Source of the DNA: the human T2T-CHM13v2.0 reference genome, Homo sapiens
Assembly (NCBI RefSeq): GCF_009914755.1
Contig: NC_060942.1
DNA length: 64,000 nucleotides
Strand: one strand, 5' to 3'
Part shown: positions 1 to 18,442 of the stretch, piece after piece
Position numbering within the stretch: position 1 is the first letter of the stretch
How the letters are laid out: every line of letters begins with the position of its first letter
Made by a program: the position numbers and the translations under genes
Notes under the pieces: model-generated
Told to the model about the DNA's origin: nothing
What the model saw: only the letters and a program-made list of their open reading frames with translations
The model's database searches: none

Positions 1-808
1 AATCTATTTTACTCTCTTCCTCTTTCTTTTCTTTTGTCTGTTTCCAACTTCAGAGTTCAAGTCACTATCCCGCTTTCCCCAGTGCTGCATGTTGTTGAGT
101 GGGCAGTATTGCTTGGAAGTGGAATCCATTGCACTGGAAGAAGGAAAATATCATGGCGAATTAGTAAAACTAAAGTGAGTTGAGGCAGTGGCTTTAGGAA
201 AGAACATGTGGCTTGATGCAGGCTGACACAGGCATAGATGGGAAACGATGAACTCTAGAATGTTTTGTGCCCTTCCAGTTGGAGGATTAGGGAGAACTAA
301 GAACGCTATTAGAGTTTGACCAAGTAGAGTTAAGGCCCGTTGGCCAAAGGCCACCTGGATTGCCCAGGAAATGATGCTGTAACCTTACGATAATGATCCT
401 ACAGGAAATTCATATGCAAATGAAGTGCAAAGTAATTAGAGTAATTAGTGGCAAAGCAATATGTGGTTCCAACAGCTCTGCCTTGGGGGGCTGGCGAGGA
501 GGGGTGGAGATTGTGTTGCAGCGAAGACAAAGAAGAGAAAACTGAGTTACATAAAAAAGAGAATCTGTGTGCCTGTGAAGCAGACAATAAATGCACACAT
601 ACATGAACACGAAAAATATCTGCCAGTGAAGCTCTTTGTGGAGAATTGAAATAGGGCAATGTGATTATGGTAGGGTGGCAATTTGAGATTAGATGATTAG
701 GGTATCTGAATTAATTTTTAAAAGTTTTTACTTACAATTAAACTTTGACACCAGGAGCTCTGCCTTATGACCACGTTTGAGAACCACTGCAGCAGGGAGT
801 ATAGGAAA

Positions 809-1608
<800 letters not shown>

Positions 1609-1827
1609 GAAACGCAAGATCAAATCCAGCCACCTGAGGCATTGACCATCTCCTAGGGGAGAGAATCAGAAAGCTTGTAGAAAGTGCTCATTGGACGTGG
1701 GATGGAGTAAATTCAACAGGGTTTATCTGAAGATGCTTCTTTAAATCATTTTTCCAAGCCCTCTTAGCCACAGCCTTCTCGGTGAACCAGGAGAATTTCA
1801 TATTTGTTGGCATTAGCCCCTCAATTC

Positions 1828-2570
1828 TGAAACTATCTTGGCAAAAGTTATCATAATAAGAAAATCTAACATAGAAAAATGAGGACAGTAAGAGAAATCT
1901 GACATAGCTGACTCCATCTTGCTTCTATCCTCTCAGCTGTCCTTGTTCATTCCTGGGCATAAGCCAAGCTAACATTAAGAGGAATTTAGTTTATAGTTTA
2001 ACCTTAAAGCAGAGATGATAATAACCCTTTCCCACACTACCCCCTCCTTGCTTGGGGACTGAGATTACCTTTGTAAAATTAACAAATTAGTCACTAGGTT
2101 AAAATTACGGCTCAGGAGTCATGCAGACAGAAGCTGCAAGATTTCTAACCTCCCCAATGGCTCCTATCGATAACATTACTATTGTAAAACCTAAGACTGG
2201 TGTTCAAGGTATTTTTAAGACCCTGCATTCTGATGGACCTGCTGGTATCACACAGTCTGATAAACTGGCTTAATTAGTTTTGTGATTCTATCCAGGAACT
2301 GAAGACAGCAAGAAGCCAATTTGACTCCCGATGATTTCATTCCTAACCCAACCAATCAGCATTCCCCATTCCCTAGCTCCTTGCCTACTAAATTGTCCTT
2401 TAAAAAACCCTAGACTTCAAATTTTGGGGGAGATAGATTAGGGTAATAACTCCTATCCTTCCTGTCAGTTGCCTTGCAATAATTAAACTCTTTCTCTACT
2501 GTACTAATACTGTCTCAGTGAATTGGGCTTATCTGTACAGCAGGCAAAAAGAACCCATTGGGTGATCATA
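1828..2570 (+). mobile_element. LTR8-family (ERV1) solo LTR
   Basis: Starts TGAAAC..., contains AGAGAAATCTGACATAGCTGACTCCATCTTGCTTCT typical of LTR8 (recalled consensus); 4-bp TSD ATTC (1824-1827, 2571-2574). Confidence 0.8.
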
Positions 2571-3210
2571 ATTCTACGAGGATAGCTGGGGACCCCTGCC
2601 TTAAACACTAACAGCTACCTGACAATCCTTCTCTTAGAGTCCAGACACATTCTTTTCTGTATCCCGTGTTCCAAATCTACCAAGCATCACAGGCAGTGGG
2701 GTGGAGGCGAATTGGCACACCTCAGATTTGCATAATAATAACTAGCTCTAAACTCTGTAAAAAATGGAAAATGACTTCCAGGAGTCTCAGGGAATAAAGA
2801 AATGCAGACATTTTGTGGGGGATTTGGAGTCCTTGCCACTTCGTCCTTCACTTGCATTCTTTATACATTTCTAACATTTTCTTTACTTGGATTTTAAAAA
2901 GCAAAGATGCCTTCTTTCCTCAGCTGCCTCCTCACTAAACGTTTCCCTGGTGAAGGTAGAAGCCTCCAGGGAATGAACTTCTCGGGAGATAATGACATCA
3001 GTCTAGAAATATTCACACTTCCCGGACTGGGTGTGTTAGTGGTGAGGGTGGGGCTGGGTGTGTGAACCAATCAGTCAGGGAGACCACAGGGCTGGGGGCG
3101 CGGGGGGAGAAAGCTGAGGAAACAGGCTGGAAAGGAAGCATTAGATGGGCACAAGGGAAGAAGTTGGGGCCCTATATCCCTGTGGCAGGGTCGCATAGAA
3201 ACAGGGCCTA

Positions 3211-3544
3211 GGCTGGACGTGGTGGCTCACACCTGTAATCCCAGCACTTTGGGAGGCTGAAGCAGGGGGATCACCTGGGGTCAGGAGTTCAAGACCAGCC
3301 TGGCCAGCCCCACTCTACTAAAGACCATCCTGGTGAAACCCCGTGTCTACGAAAAATACAAAAATTAGCCAGGCATGGTGGCAGGTGCCTCTAGTCCCAG
3401 CTACTCAGGAGGGTGAGGCAGGAGAATCTCTTGAATCCGGGAGGCAGAGGTTGCAATGAGTCGAGATTGCACCACTGCATTCCAGCCTGGGCGACAGAGT
3501 GAAACTCTGTCTCAAAAAACAAAAAACAAAACACAACAAAAAAC

Positions 3545-3575
<31 letters not shown>

Positions 3576-3576
3576 A
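3211..3576 (+). mobile_element. Alu with internal duplication and long mixed A tail
   Basis: Dimeric Alu; TSD AGAA(A/G)CAGGGCCTA at 3197-3210 and 3577-3590. Confidence 0.95.
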
Positions 3577-3804
3577 AGAAGCAGGGCCTAGCACTCAAGG
3601 TCTCCATCATCTTATTTTGTTGGGGTGGAGGACAGGGAGAAAAGGAGCTGGTCAGACCCGTTCACGTTCAAGTGGCCACAGGACTCTCTGGGGTGATGGA
3701 AAGTTTTCCTCAGAGCTGGAACCACCCTGCTCACGGGGAATAGACCCAAAAGACTTCCCAGGATCCTGGGTTCTGATGCACTGGGTCTTGAAGGTTGGCA
3801 AGTC

Positions 3805-3968
3805 CTCACTCTTCAAAGTGTGGTCTTGGACCAGCAGCCCTGGCATCACCTGGGAGCTTGGGTGCTGTGCAGAATCTCATCAGATCCGCCCCAGAGCTGC
3901 TGACTCTGAATCTGCACTTCAGTGAGATCCCTGGGGAACTCAGAGTGCACTGGAGTTTGAGAAGCATG
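3805..3968. mobile_element. MER5-like hAT-Charlie DNA transposon fossil
   Basis: CTTCAAAGTGTGGTC...GGCATCACCTGGGAGCTTG...AGTTTGAGAAGCA resembles MER5 consensus. Confidence 0.7.
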
Positions 3969-4134
3969 TCTGCAGGTGGCTCTGCAATATCAGACTTCCA
4001 GGTTTTAATCACAGGATGTTTACTGAACCGGGTGCATGTGTTATGTAATTTTGTGAGTATGCACAGAGGCAAGATGCTAGTCCATACGGTAAACGACTAG
4101 AGCATTGGATAACACTCACGATGTCAAGGAAAAG

Positions 4135-4438
4135 TTTTTGTTTGTTTGTTCATTTTGAGATGGAGTCTGTCTCTGTTGCCCAGGTTGGAGTGCAGTGGCG
4201 TGATCTTGGCTCACTGTAATCTCCGCCTCCCAAGTTGAAGCGATTCTTCTTCCTCAGGCCCCCGAGTAGCTGGGATTACAGGCATGCACCACCATGCCTG
4301 GCTAATTTTTGTATTTTTAGTAGAGATGGGGTTTCACCATGTTGGCCAGGCTGGTCTCAAACTCCTGACCTCAAGTGATCCACCCACCTCAGCCTCCCAA
4401 AGTGCTGGGATTACAGGTGTGAGCCACTGCACCTGGCC
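4135..4438 (-). mobile_element. Alu (Sx-like)
   Basis: Reverse-complement Alu; imperfect TSD AAGGAAA(C)AGTTTT. Confidence 0.95.
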
Positions 4439-5242
4439 AAGGAAACAGTTTTATGGATGGTTTATCCCTCACCACAGCATGCAGGACAGGGCCACTGGTC
4501 CATTAGGGACCCACAGATCATCTGCTTGTGGTCTCCCTGCCTGCCCCTGCCCCATCACTGTGCTTCCCAAAGTCCGCAAACCAACACACCTTCACTCTTC
4601 TCCTAGTCTGTCTTGCAGCCAGGTTGATTATGTTTGCCTTTTCAGAAATGTGCTGCTTCTTAATGATAAAAAATTAGGACATGAAAGGAAGGGGCAAAGG
4701 TGAAGAAGGTGACCCAGATGAATGACACACTCGATGTCACTGTTTAAACCACATTCCCTTGGGTGGAGTGTGGTGAGGCCAGTGCAGATGGAAAGGGGGA
4801 ACCAGGAAGAGTTTTCAGTGTTGTTACTCACAGCTTCCTGGGGAGAACACAGCCTAGCACCGAAGGTTGCTCGGGAAGTGGAGGGCAAGTAGTTTCTACC
4901 GGAAGGAAACGGGGGGGCAGCCAGTTTAGGATTGACTAGTTTGAATAATTTCAGTGGACTGTAGGGTGTTGAGGCTGTCCCTTGTTTTCTGGTACCTGGC
5001 CCTGGGGTGATCAGAACAGAGGAAGAGTGACCCTGAGTGTGAGAGCCCCATCAGGGAGGTGGTTGGGGGTGTGGACGTAATCAGTTTCAGGAAGAAGAAT
5101 GGACCTGCCTCTAACCGGGTCTCAAACTGGGTCAAGACAATCTTTGAAAAAATTGCAATACAGTCAGGCCCCAAATTAAATTTGTTTCCGTGTTTTCTCA
5201 TCCAATCCTACCAAATGTGTAAGGCTGCTCCCAAATATTCTG

Positions 5243-5750
5243 GTTATTGATGGCATAACCAGCCACCCCCAACCTTAAGAGCATAAAACAACAGCATTTA
5301 TGATGCTCACCGGCTCCGTGGGACAGGAAGCTGTATGGATGGCTCTTCTGGCTTGATTCAAATGGCTGGAGCTGGGGCTGAAAGAGCCGGGGCTGAAAGA
5401 GCCAGGGCTGGCATATCCATTTACAGGGTGGCCTCTGGCCAGCTGAAAGATGGGCTTAGCTGGGGTTGTTGATCATAGCGTTGACATGTGGCCTCTCCAG
5501 CATGGTGGTCTCAGCACAGTGAAACTTCTTGCATGGAGGTGGAGGGTTCCAAGAACACGTGTTCCTAGCCACGAAGGTGGAAGCTGTATGGCTTTATGGT
5601 TGAGCCTCAGAAGTCACATAGTGTCATTTCCACCCCAATCCTTAGGTCAAAGAAGTCATTAGGCTCCTCTTCCAACTACAGATTCAAAGAGAGTGCACAG
5701 AGACTCCACTTCTCCTGGAGGGAATGTCAAAGATCCTGTGACTATGATTT
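5243..5750 (-). mobile_element. MLT1-type MaLR LTR, degraded
   Basis: GGCATAACC...AAAACAACAGCATTTATGATGCTCAC and AGCCTCAGAAGTCACATAGTGTCA motifs; ends approximate. Confidence 0.6.
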
Positions 5751-6104
5751 TAAAACATTGCACTGCATTATAGAAAATTGATGGCCCTGCACAAGGTCAG
5801 AGTTTTGCAGACAATATAAAAATATTAGACCTGGTGGGCTTCCAGTGTCATGACTTTCCGCAACAGGCATCAAAAAGACCTCAGGAAAGAGTTCAATTAA
5901 AGAGACTTCTCTCTCCTTTTCCTGGAACCTCACCTCCAATTTCCTATTCCTGAACTGCCTCTCTTTCTGGCATTTAGAACCTAGTGAACAGTCAGCAGAA
6001 GGGAGGATCGTGAACTTCTGCTATGAGTATTTGCTATAGGGATCTCCTCTGTTAACTTTCATTTAATCCCACACACTTGTATTGAGTGCCTAAAGATAAA
6101 TATG

Positions 6105-6300
6105 ATAGCACCATGGTTAAGAGCAAGAACTTCAAAATCCAGTTGCCTGTTTGAAATCCTAGCTCTGCCCCTATGCAAATGCCACAGCCAAGTTATTTAA
6201 ACTTTTGGTGACTCAGTTTTCTCAACTTTGAAATGGGTATACTATAATAATACCATGGACTGTCATGAGGATAGGATAAATATATGCAAGGTAAGCACTA
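6105..6300 (+). mobile_element. MIR SINE
   Basis: TGGTTAAGAGC...AAATCCTAGCTCTGCC...CTCAGTTTTCTCA core. Confidence 0.7.
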
Positions 6301-7039
6301 TGTCAGTGTTTTCTAGAGTTGTTTCTACAGAGCAGAACTTCTGTCCCTCCTTGCTGTCAAGGATTGCACAGGTCAGCCAGGTGGGAGAAAGGTACACAAG
6401 TAACAATTCCACCAGACAGGCTGTGGTGGATGCTGAAATAGAACCACAGACAGCTGTGGGACAAGGCAAGGGAGCTAGAAAAATGGAATATTGACCACAT
6501 TGTAAAACTGCAAACTCATGTGTATTAGGCTGCTGGGGTTTTGCCTAAACCTCCAGTCTTTGAAATCTACTTCCAATAGCCATGACTCCAAAGTGGGAGT
6601 TTTATAATCGTATTTGAGCTTCAGAGATTGCTGAATGCAGTCTTTTAGAAAGATGGAGATTTGCTTAGAAATCCACCTGAGGACTGGAAGCTTCTTGACT
6701 CTCTTTCTGGAGCAGGGCCTCACCCAATAAGTTAGTTCCTAATTGGATTGAATTATCCAGCTTTCCTGGTGCTGTAATTGATGCTTGTGTATCACTATTG
6801 CCTTCCCAGCTCAACATGAGCTTCCTGAGCCAGGAACTGTGGTGTCCATTCCAGCTCAAACTCTTGTCTCTCAGGGAGTTTTCAAGAACCTCAGGCAAAA
6901 GTTCCATAGCAATTGCCCTAAGGTAACCACAAAGAAACATTTCCGTGGAGGAAATCATGGATAAAACACACTGTACCTGACGAGGTTACAAATGAGCTTA
7001 AGATGCTATTTAGGGGTAAAATTCTTGACTTGCTTTTCT

Positions 7040-7128
7040 CTCTATTCCTAGTGCCCACCATAATGCTTGGCACATAATGAATTTCATAAAAGTTCTCTGA
7101 GTGAGTGAATGAATGAATGAATGAACGA
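7040..7128 (+). mobile_element. L2 3' end with (TGAA)n tail
   Basis: TGCTTGGCACATAA followed by (GAAT)n. Confidence 0.6.
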
Positions 7129-7311
7129 AGGAGTAGGGCCTGTGGCTGACATTGCCAAGTTTAAAACCTGAGCCCTAGATCCAGGTGAAAGGAGTTTGGC
7201 AAACAGGTAGTGAGGCCAAGAACACACATCTGAGACAAGTTGCCTATCCCAATGAAGACACTCTGATATCTGAGCCAAAGACATCAGGGAAACACCAGTG
7301 TTCAGAAGCAA

Positions 7312-7830
7312 ATGTAAGAGGATGTTTTCAGTTGCAAATAACAGAAACTCTCTTTCAAACTGACATTAACAAGTGAATGCAGAGTCTCCCATAGCTGAAA
7401 ATTTCAGAGGTGGGCGGACTTCAGAATGCTTGATCCAGCCACTCAGTTAGACCCATGTCCCTGTTATCAATCAGTGACCCAGGTTCTTCGGTTCTTTTTC
7501 TCTGGGGATCAATGTAAATGCTGACTTCTCTCATAGTAGCCAGCAGCAACTGAGGCTGTATGTGTCTTTGTTCAATTTCAGTAACTGGTTGTTCACAACC
7601 CTAGAACAAGAGCCCTGGGGTTTGGGCTGATTGGACCACCCTGAGTCAATCACCATGGCCAGGATAATGTTAGGCCCTGGACAGGTGAACCTGAATTAGC
7701 AAAACCAATCACTGTGGCCAAGGGAGGGTGTCAGGTGGGGTTAATCTGAACATCTCTGAACATCAGCGCTGCTTTACTGCAATGATTCTAGGACTGGATG
7801 CTGGGGAGGCAACTGCAGTACCCAATGGCA
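7312..7830 (-). mobile_element. Old MLT1 (J/K-like) MaLR LTR
   Basis: TTCAGTTGCAAATAACAGAAAC start and CTGATTGG/CCAATCACTGTGGCCAAGG motifs; ends approximate. Confidence 0.5.
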
Positions 7831-8644
7831 GAAGAGTACTTGTCCGTGAATCCTCTCCTCTGACCCTCCACTACTCATCTGTCCTCTTATGGCTGCTTCC
7901 AGATATCATTCATATAGCTTTGGGGATGAAAAGATTGGGGTGAATTTATCATGCTTCCTATACTAAAAGCTGTTTTCATTTTCTAAAGCCGTACTACGTT
8001 CTTAGTAGAAAGATGAACTCAATCCAATACATCTGAAGAAGAGTGAATACAGAGGCAGAAATGTCTATGTCTTAGGACAGACACCGGGGCTGGACTGGTG
8101 GCTCTAGGGAAGGTGACAATGTGTGCAAACTTTTCCTTTGCTCTTTTCTCTCCAGCTTAACCTGGTTCTAACCAGGTGTTCCTAGGGACTTCCTAGCCCA
8201 CCTTGTCCTTTGCTCTCAGACCCCCACTGGGCCCCTCGTTGCATTTCTGTCTTTGGAAGGCCTCTCCATGCTGTAAGGCCCATCTCTTCAGGAGCTCGTT
8301 AAGGGACTGAAGCTAACGATTGAGTAAAAGGTGCTAAAAAGTTCTCATGACATTCATGGATCCTGTGTTTGTATTTTGTAAAGGCAGTTCAAGGAGAACA
8401 GACTGATTGACTGCACAGATGTCAGTGCAGATTCCCAGACAGCAAAAGAACAAGTGCTCTCACCTTCCCAGCCTGGGGCTTTTCTCATCCAGGACACTCC
8501 TGCCATGTCTGCATGGGCAAGGGAGTGGAGTGAAGAGTGCAGATGTCCCAGGAAGGGGACATTCCTCTCTACAGCAGAGCTGGGGAGAAGAAAAAGAAAA
8601 CCAAACCTCCCTGAGACAAACCAACAATAATATCCAAACCAACC

Positions 8645-8930
8645 CAAACACACACACATACAGGAACACACACAAACACCTACATGCCTATACACAAACA
8701 CACACACAATTACATATACACATGCGTACAACCACACATGCACACACACATAGGAACATACATGCACACACAAACACACATGCATTTACAAACAAACATA
8801 CAGGCACACACAAGCACATGCACACAAACACGCACATACAGGAACACACACAAACACACACCCCCACACATGCATATACACAAACATGCCCACACATATG
8901 TATACACACACACATGTGCACATACATACC
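8645..8930. repeat. Degenerate (CA)n / CACATA-rich tract, ~285 bp
   Basis: Direct reading; explains the His/Thr and Cys/Val ORFs here. Confidence 0.95.
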
Positions 8931-10106
8931 CGAGCACAGGCTGCTAGTTGCTACCAGATAGAATCCGAAGCAGCCTTTTGCAGAACGGTGCCACAAAGAT
9001 TGTCCCCAGGAAAGAAGGGCTTCTTGTGTCCCTCATGTGTCTGAGAGTACAACCACTTGCATGGCGAGGAGATGAAGCTAAATGTTGACAATGAGGAAAT
9101 TGCAGATGGCAAAATGAAACACAGCTGTTCCAGGGTAAAATCAGTAAAAGAGGGAAGGGTGGTAGGGGAGAGAGAGGGAGGAAATAAGGAGAGAGAGAGA
9201 GAATGCAGATGTTGAGCACAGGAGAGGCTGGGGCTCTGTCCAGCTCTCCAGTGCCTTAAACCAGCCATCTGTTTTCAGAGCTCTGGAGCTCCAGTAGCGT
9301 GGCGCCTGCATTTTCTCCCACCCTGTCCCTTTCTTCTCCATACTGGTCTTATGCTCTTATTGATTGCTCTGGCCTTTGCAAAGCCTCAGGCTCTTCTCAG
9401 AATCCTCGAACCCTAGGGAGCCCTGCTCTTTGCTCCTCTCTGCTCCAGCAAGAATGTGGTCTTCCAACAGCACCAGCTGTGGTTGGAGGAAGAGATCCCA
9501 GCCTCACCCCAGAGCCTACAGATCTCATACCCTCTGTGTTCCGGCCGTGGGTCCCCCGCTCTGTCCAGTGCCGTGACCCAGTGCATCCCTCACCTTTACG
9601 CATCTCCTTCTGCTTGGGCTCCAGCCACCCTCCCCACTCCTGTGCGGCCCGCCGTGTCAATGGAGCCTTATACCCTGCTCTTTGGAACAATTCTCTAGCT
9701 TGCCCCAGCTCTCAGATCAAGATTTTGAGCTCTGGCCAGTACCTCCCTCTTCACCTCATCTTCCATCCTCCCTGGCATAGACTTCTGGTTAGTAAGGCTG
9801 AACCACATGCAGCCTCCTTGAGGGGTTCTCATGAGTCCCACCAGGGGTCCTGGGATCCAGAGGAGAAGGCCCTGCTCAAAGGGCTCAAGTTCTTTTCTTT
9901 ACGGACCTCTGTTCAATGACTTCCAACTCTGGAAGGTGTTCACTATGGGCTTTTTATACTCCTAATTTTCAGAAGAAAATTGGAAGTGTGTCAAAAGATA
10001 CTGGCCTGGGATTCAGAGCCTGGGGCTCTAAACCAAATGCTACCACTAATTAGGTGAGTGGCCCTGGCAGCCAGCCTTTTTGTGAAGTGAGGGGACTGGA
10101 ACTCTA

Positions 10107-10577
<471 letters not shown>

Positions 10578-11253
10578 TTAAATCAAAGCAGCAATGCTGT
10601 GAGGTAGTTGCCACTTAGACAAAAGCGAAGCTTTCAGATGAATACGAAACTTTGCACTACACCCAGGCAAACCTGCTGCTTGGTGCAATACAGCCTGTGA
10701 TGTGGGGTCTCGTGCTCCCTACCCCCCACACTCAGTTTGCCTTGTCTGAGTAGTTTCTGAGCACTGCCCAGGCTGGGATGCCCTTCAGGGTGGCTGCTGA
10801 CAAGCACATCTGCCAGAGGAAACTAGAGTCTGAAGGGTTCTTGGATGCTCTGATACGCGCTGAAAAGAAGTCAGGCTTCAGTTAGAAGTGAAATCTGAGA
10901 CTTCGGTTTCCTGCAGAGAGCAAAGGGAGAAGGCAGAAATATTGAGGCTAAGAAGTCAGGCAGTGGGAAACAAGAGAGAGTGATTCATGCAGGGGAAGAC
11001 AGCTTGGGAGCAGTGATAAGAGAAGGAACAATACCAGACACACAGGCTGGTAGAGTCAAAGGAAAATGATTTTGCAAGATAGCGTGAGTCCTGGATGGAC
11101 ACACACTGCAACATTTTGGCTGAGTCTTCCTGGGTAGGTTTGGGACCTGAGTTGTTTTACAGGAAGACCCCAGCTCCTGATGGAGAAAGCCCACAATATA
11201 GACAGGCTGGAACGTAATAAAAACATTACATTTTTATTATGTTTTATTAAATA

Positions 11254-11412
11254 GGCTGGGTGCAATGCCTTATGCCTGTAATCTTAGCACTTCGAGAGGC
11301 CAAGGCAGGAGGATAGCTTGAGCCCAGGAGTTCAAGATCAGCCTGGGCAACGTAGCGAGGCCCTATCTCAAGAAGAAGAAGAAGAAGAACAACATCAACA
11401 ACAACAACAAAA
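11254..11412 (+). mobile_element. Alu monomer (FLAM-like) with (GAA)n(CAA)n tail
   Basis: Single left-arm Alu ending CCTATCTC + tail. Confidence 0.85.
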
Positions 11413-11974
11413 CACTTAAAATACACTTTGAGGAGCTTCTAGCTTTTTACCTGATATACCCACTGGCCAGAACAATTTCCTGTAGGAACTGACCAGATCC
11501 GCGTGGTCCAGAAGCCAAATTGTAAAATCAGAGAAGCTGGTCTTCATTCTTCACCTTTATTTTCTGAATCTGTCTCCCCCCACCTCCCTACCTTCCGTGC
11601 TTTCAGTGCCAACTTCCCTATCTTTACATTTTCTACCCTCTCTCTCTCTCCCATAAACCCTTGTGACAACCTTACTGTTAGAATGGGAATATGTCTGGTA
11701 AATTTCTTCATACCATGAAGTCTTAGGGACTTGATGTGCTATTTCTTTGAAGGGATTAAATTATTAATAGCAACATTTTTGACACCAGTTAGAAAATATT
11801 TTGTCAAGGACCTTCCCATGAGTTCTATATCTTCCCATAAGCCCTCTATCTATATCTTACAATGCAGGGCAACTCTTTCTACCGCCCATGACTGAGACCC
11901 ACTGGGTGCAAAGTCTGTGGGAAAGTCATGTTTTGATGACCGTGATGGTCACCAAAATGACTTCTTTGGGAAGT

Positions 11975-12152
11975 GGCCTAGTGCAGTCATTTGGATTCCA
12001 GCCTAGCCACTTTCTAGCTGTGTGACATGATGCACATTTCTTTTAAAGTTTCAGCTTCCTGGTCTGGAAAACAGACGTAAGAATGGTATGCCCCTCATGG
12101 AGCTATCTTGGGGATAAGATAGTATGGCATGAAACAAGTGCTCAATAAGTAT
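11975..12152 (+). mobile_element. MIR SINE
   Basis: CTAGCTGTGTGAC...GTGCTCAATAAGTATT. Confidence 0.55.
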
Positions 12153-12635
12153 TTGCGATCATGCTTCCTTGATTGTGAGGTAGGCTTATGTGAAGATGTA
12201 TTTGAAGTCTCACTTGATTCTGTTGTTGGAGATCCATTGTATACCTTTATCTCCTATAATTTCAACCTCAAAGTAGAGTTTGAACAAAACTTAGAGACAT
12301 TTATGGGGCCTCTACTCCATATCCTAGGCTCTGTGCTTGGCACTAAAGTATAGAGATAAAAATCCCTTTTTTCCCTCAAAAGGAGGATAATCAAATAAGG
12401 AAAGAAATCTAATATACTATATTCAGGGCAACCATCTAGTGATGCCAAGGGAGAGGAAGGATGCAGCAGAGGGAGGCATTCTCTCTGGTCGAGTGGGGTT
12501 TGAAGGTTCAGTAACATCTTCACTGAGGAGGTGACACCCAAGGAGGTTTTGAGAGGAAAATGGGAGTTTCCTAGGTAACAAGAAGGGAGGAGGGCATCCC
12601 AGTAAGAGGAAAGAGGAGGTATAAAGTTATATTGC

Positions 12636-13404
<769 letters not shown>

Positions 13405-13704
13405 AGTTATATTGCTTAAGACAGGAGGGAAAAGTGAGGGAGAGAAGTGAGACAGGAAGCTGGAGGGGGACAAGGCAGAGCGCAAGGGGGGTACCAAGGA
13501 GAGGGGACATTTTCTTGGGGTAATGGGGTGTGTGTTTAAACAGGGGGGACCTGAGCAGATCCAGTGTCAGAGCAGAGGTTGGGCTGGAAAGAGACATGAG
13601 CATAGGAGGTGATGTTTGTCCAGCTTCTCTAAAGAACTGCTTTTGGCTATGTTGATTAGACTTTCCTTGCAGTCTTTCTGAAATATAGTTTTAGAGTTAA
13701 AACT

Positions 13705-14045
13705 AAATTCCAAATCCTTTGTCTGAAATTTGGAAATCCAAAAAGTTCTGAAAGTTTTTTCATAACTCATTTGGTGCCAGTGACTGACTTGAAGCTATTT
13801 GGTAGCTATCTGAGTGGAACTGATATGGGGCTATGTATAATATTTTATTTATCCTACATGGTGTAAATATTCCCACATTTTGCTGCAGAAATATTGAAGT
13901 TTGATTATAGAGTGTTGTCCCAGACTCTTTGGGTATATTCTGTGACATACAGCATACACAACTGTGTTGTCTTTCTAACATTCAAAAAATCCTGAATTCC
14001 GAAACACATTTGGTCCTGAGGGTTTTGAATAAGGAAATATATGCC
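13705..14045. mobile_element. MER46-like Tigger DNA transposon fossil
   Basis: End CCGAAACACATTTGGTCCTGAGGGTTTTGAATAAGGAAATA resembles the MER46 terminus. Confidence 0.55.
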
Positions 14046-14138
14046 AGTAATGCATTCTACCTGTCAAGTAAAAGAGTAATTACTTTGTATCATCTAAACT
14101 TCCCTTCACCCCCTCTTCCACATTTCAGGTTTTAAAAA

Positions 14139-17355
<3,217 letters not shown>

Positions 17356-17418
17356 TATGATGCTTGCTGGTTATTTTGCCTGTGAGTTTATGCTGTTTCT
17401 TCATAGTGTCAATGGTCT

Positions 17419-18442
17419 TTACATTTTGGTTTGTTTTTGCAGTGGCTGGTACCAGTTTTGCCTTTCCATATTTAGTGCTTCCTTCAGGAGCTCTTTTAAG
17501 GCAGGCCTGGTGGTGACAAAATCCCTCAGCATTTGCTTGCCTGTAAAGGATTTTATTTCTCCTTCACTTATGAAGCTTAGTTTGGCTGGATATGAAATTC
17601 TGGGTTGAAAATTCTTTTCTTTAAGAATGTTGAATATTGGCGCACACTCTCTTCTGGCTTGTAGGGTTTCTGCAGAGAGACCTGCTGTTAGTCTGATGGG
17701 CTTCTCTTTGTGGGTAACCCAACCTTTCTCTCTGGATGCCCTTAACGTTTTTTCCTTCCTTTCAACCTTGGTGAATCTGACAATTATGTGTCTTGGGGTT
17801 GCTCTTCTTGAGGAGTATCTTTGTGGTGTTCTCTGTATTTCCTGAATTTGAATGTTGGCCCGTCTTGCTAGGTTGGGGAAGTTCTCCTGGATAATATCCT
17901 GAAGTGTGTTTTCCAACATGGTTGCATTCTCCCCATCACTTTCAGGTACACCAATCAAACGTAGGTTTGGTCTTTTCACATAGTCCCATATTTCTTGTAG
18001 GCTTTTTTCATTCCTTTTCATTCTTTTTTCTCTAATCTTGTTTTCATGATTTATTTCATTAAGTTGATCTTCAATCTCTGATATCCTTTCTTCTGCCTGA
18101 TCCATTTGGCTACGATACTGTGTATGCTTCATGAAGTTCTCGTGTTGTGTTTTTCAGCTCCATCAGGTCATTTATGTTCTTCTCTAAACTGGTTATTCTA
18201 GTTAACAATTCCTGTAACCTTTTATCAAAGTTCTTAGCTTCCTTGCATTGGATTAGAACATGCTTCTTTAGCTCAGAGGAGTTTGTTATTACCCATCTTC
18301 TGAAGTCTACTTCTGTCAATTTGTCAAATTCATTCTCCATCCTGTTTTGTTCCCTTGCTGGCAAGGAGGTGTGATCCTTTGAAAGAGAAGAGGCGCTCTG
18401 ATTTTTGGAATTTTCAGCCTTTTTGCGCTGGTTTTTCCTCAT
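17419..18442 (-). pseudogene. L1 ORF1p, frameshifted
   Basis: Two overlapping frames 18110-18448 (MRKNQRKKAENSKNQ) and 17419-18132 (QEIWDYVKRPNLRLIGVPE...RISYPAKLSF). Confidence 0.93.

Noticed and set aside
4284-4703. Alu-derived ORFs (also at 846, 10104, 12720, 33145, 34858, 48081)
   Set aside because: Standard Alu translations such as [19 protein letters not shown]
8354-8996. Long His/Thr-rich and Cys/Val-rich ORFs (up to 184 aa)
   Set aside because: Translations of the degenerate (CA)n tract
9299-9919. 206-aa + strand ORF
   Set aside because: Non-ATG start, no recognisable domain, C-rich stop-poor DNA
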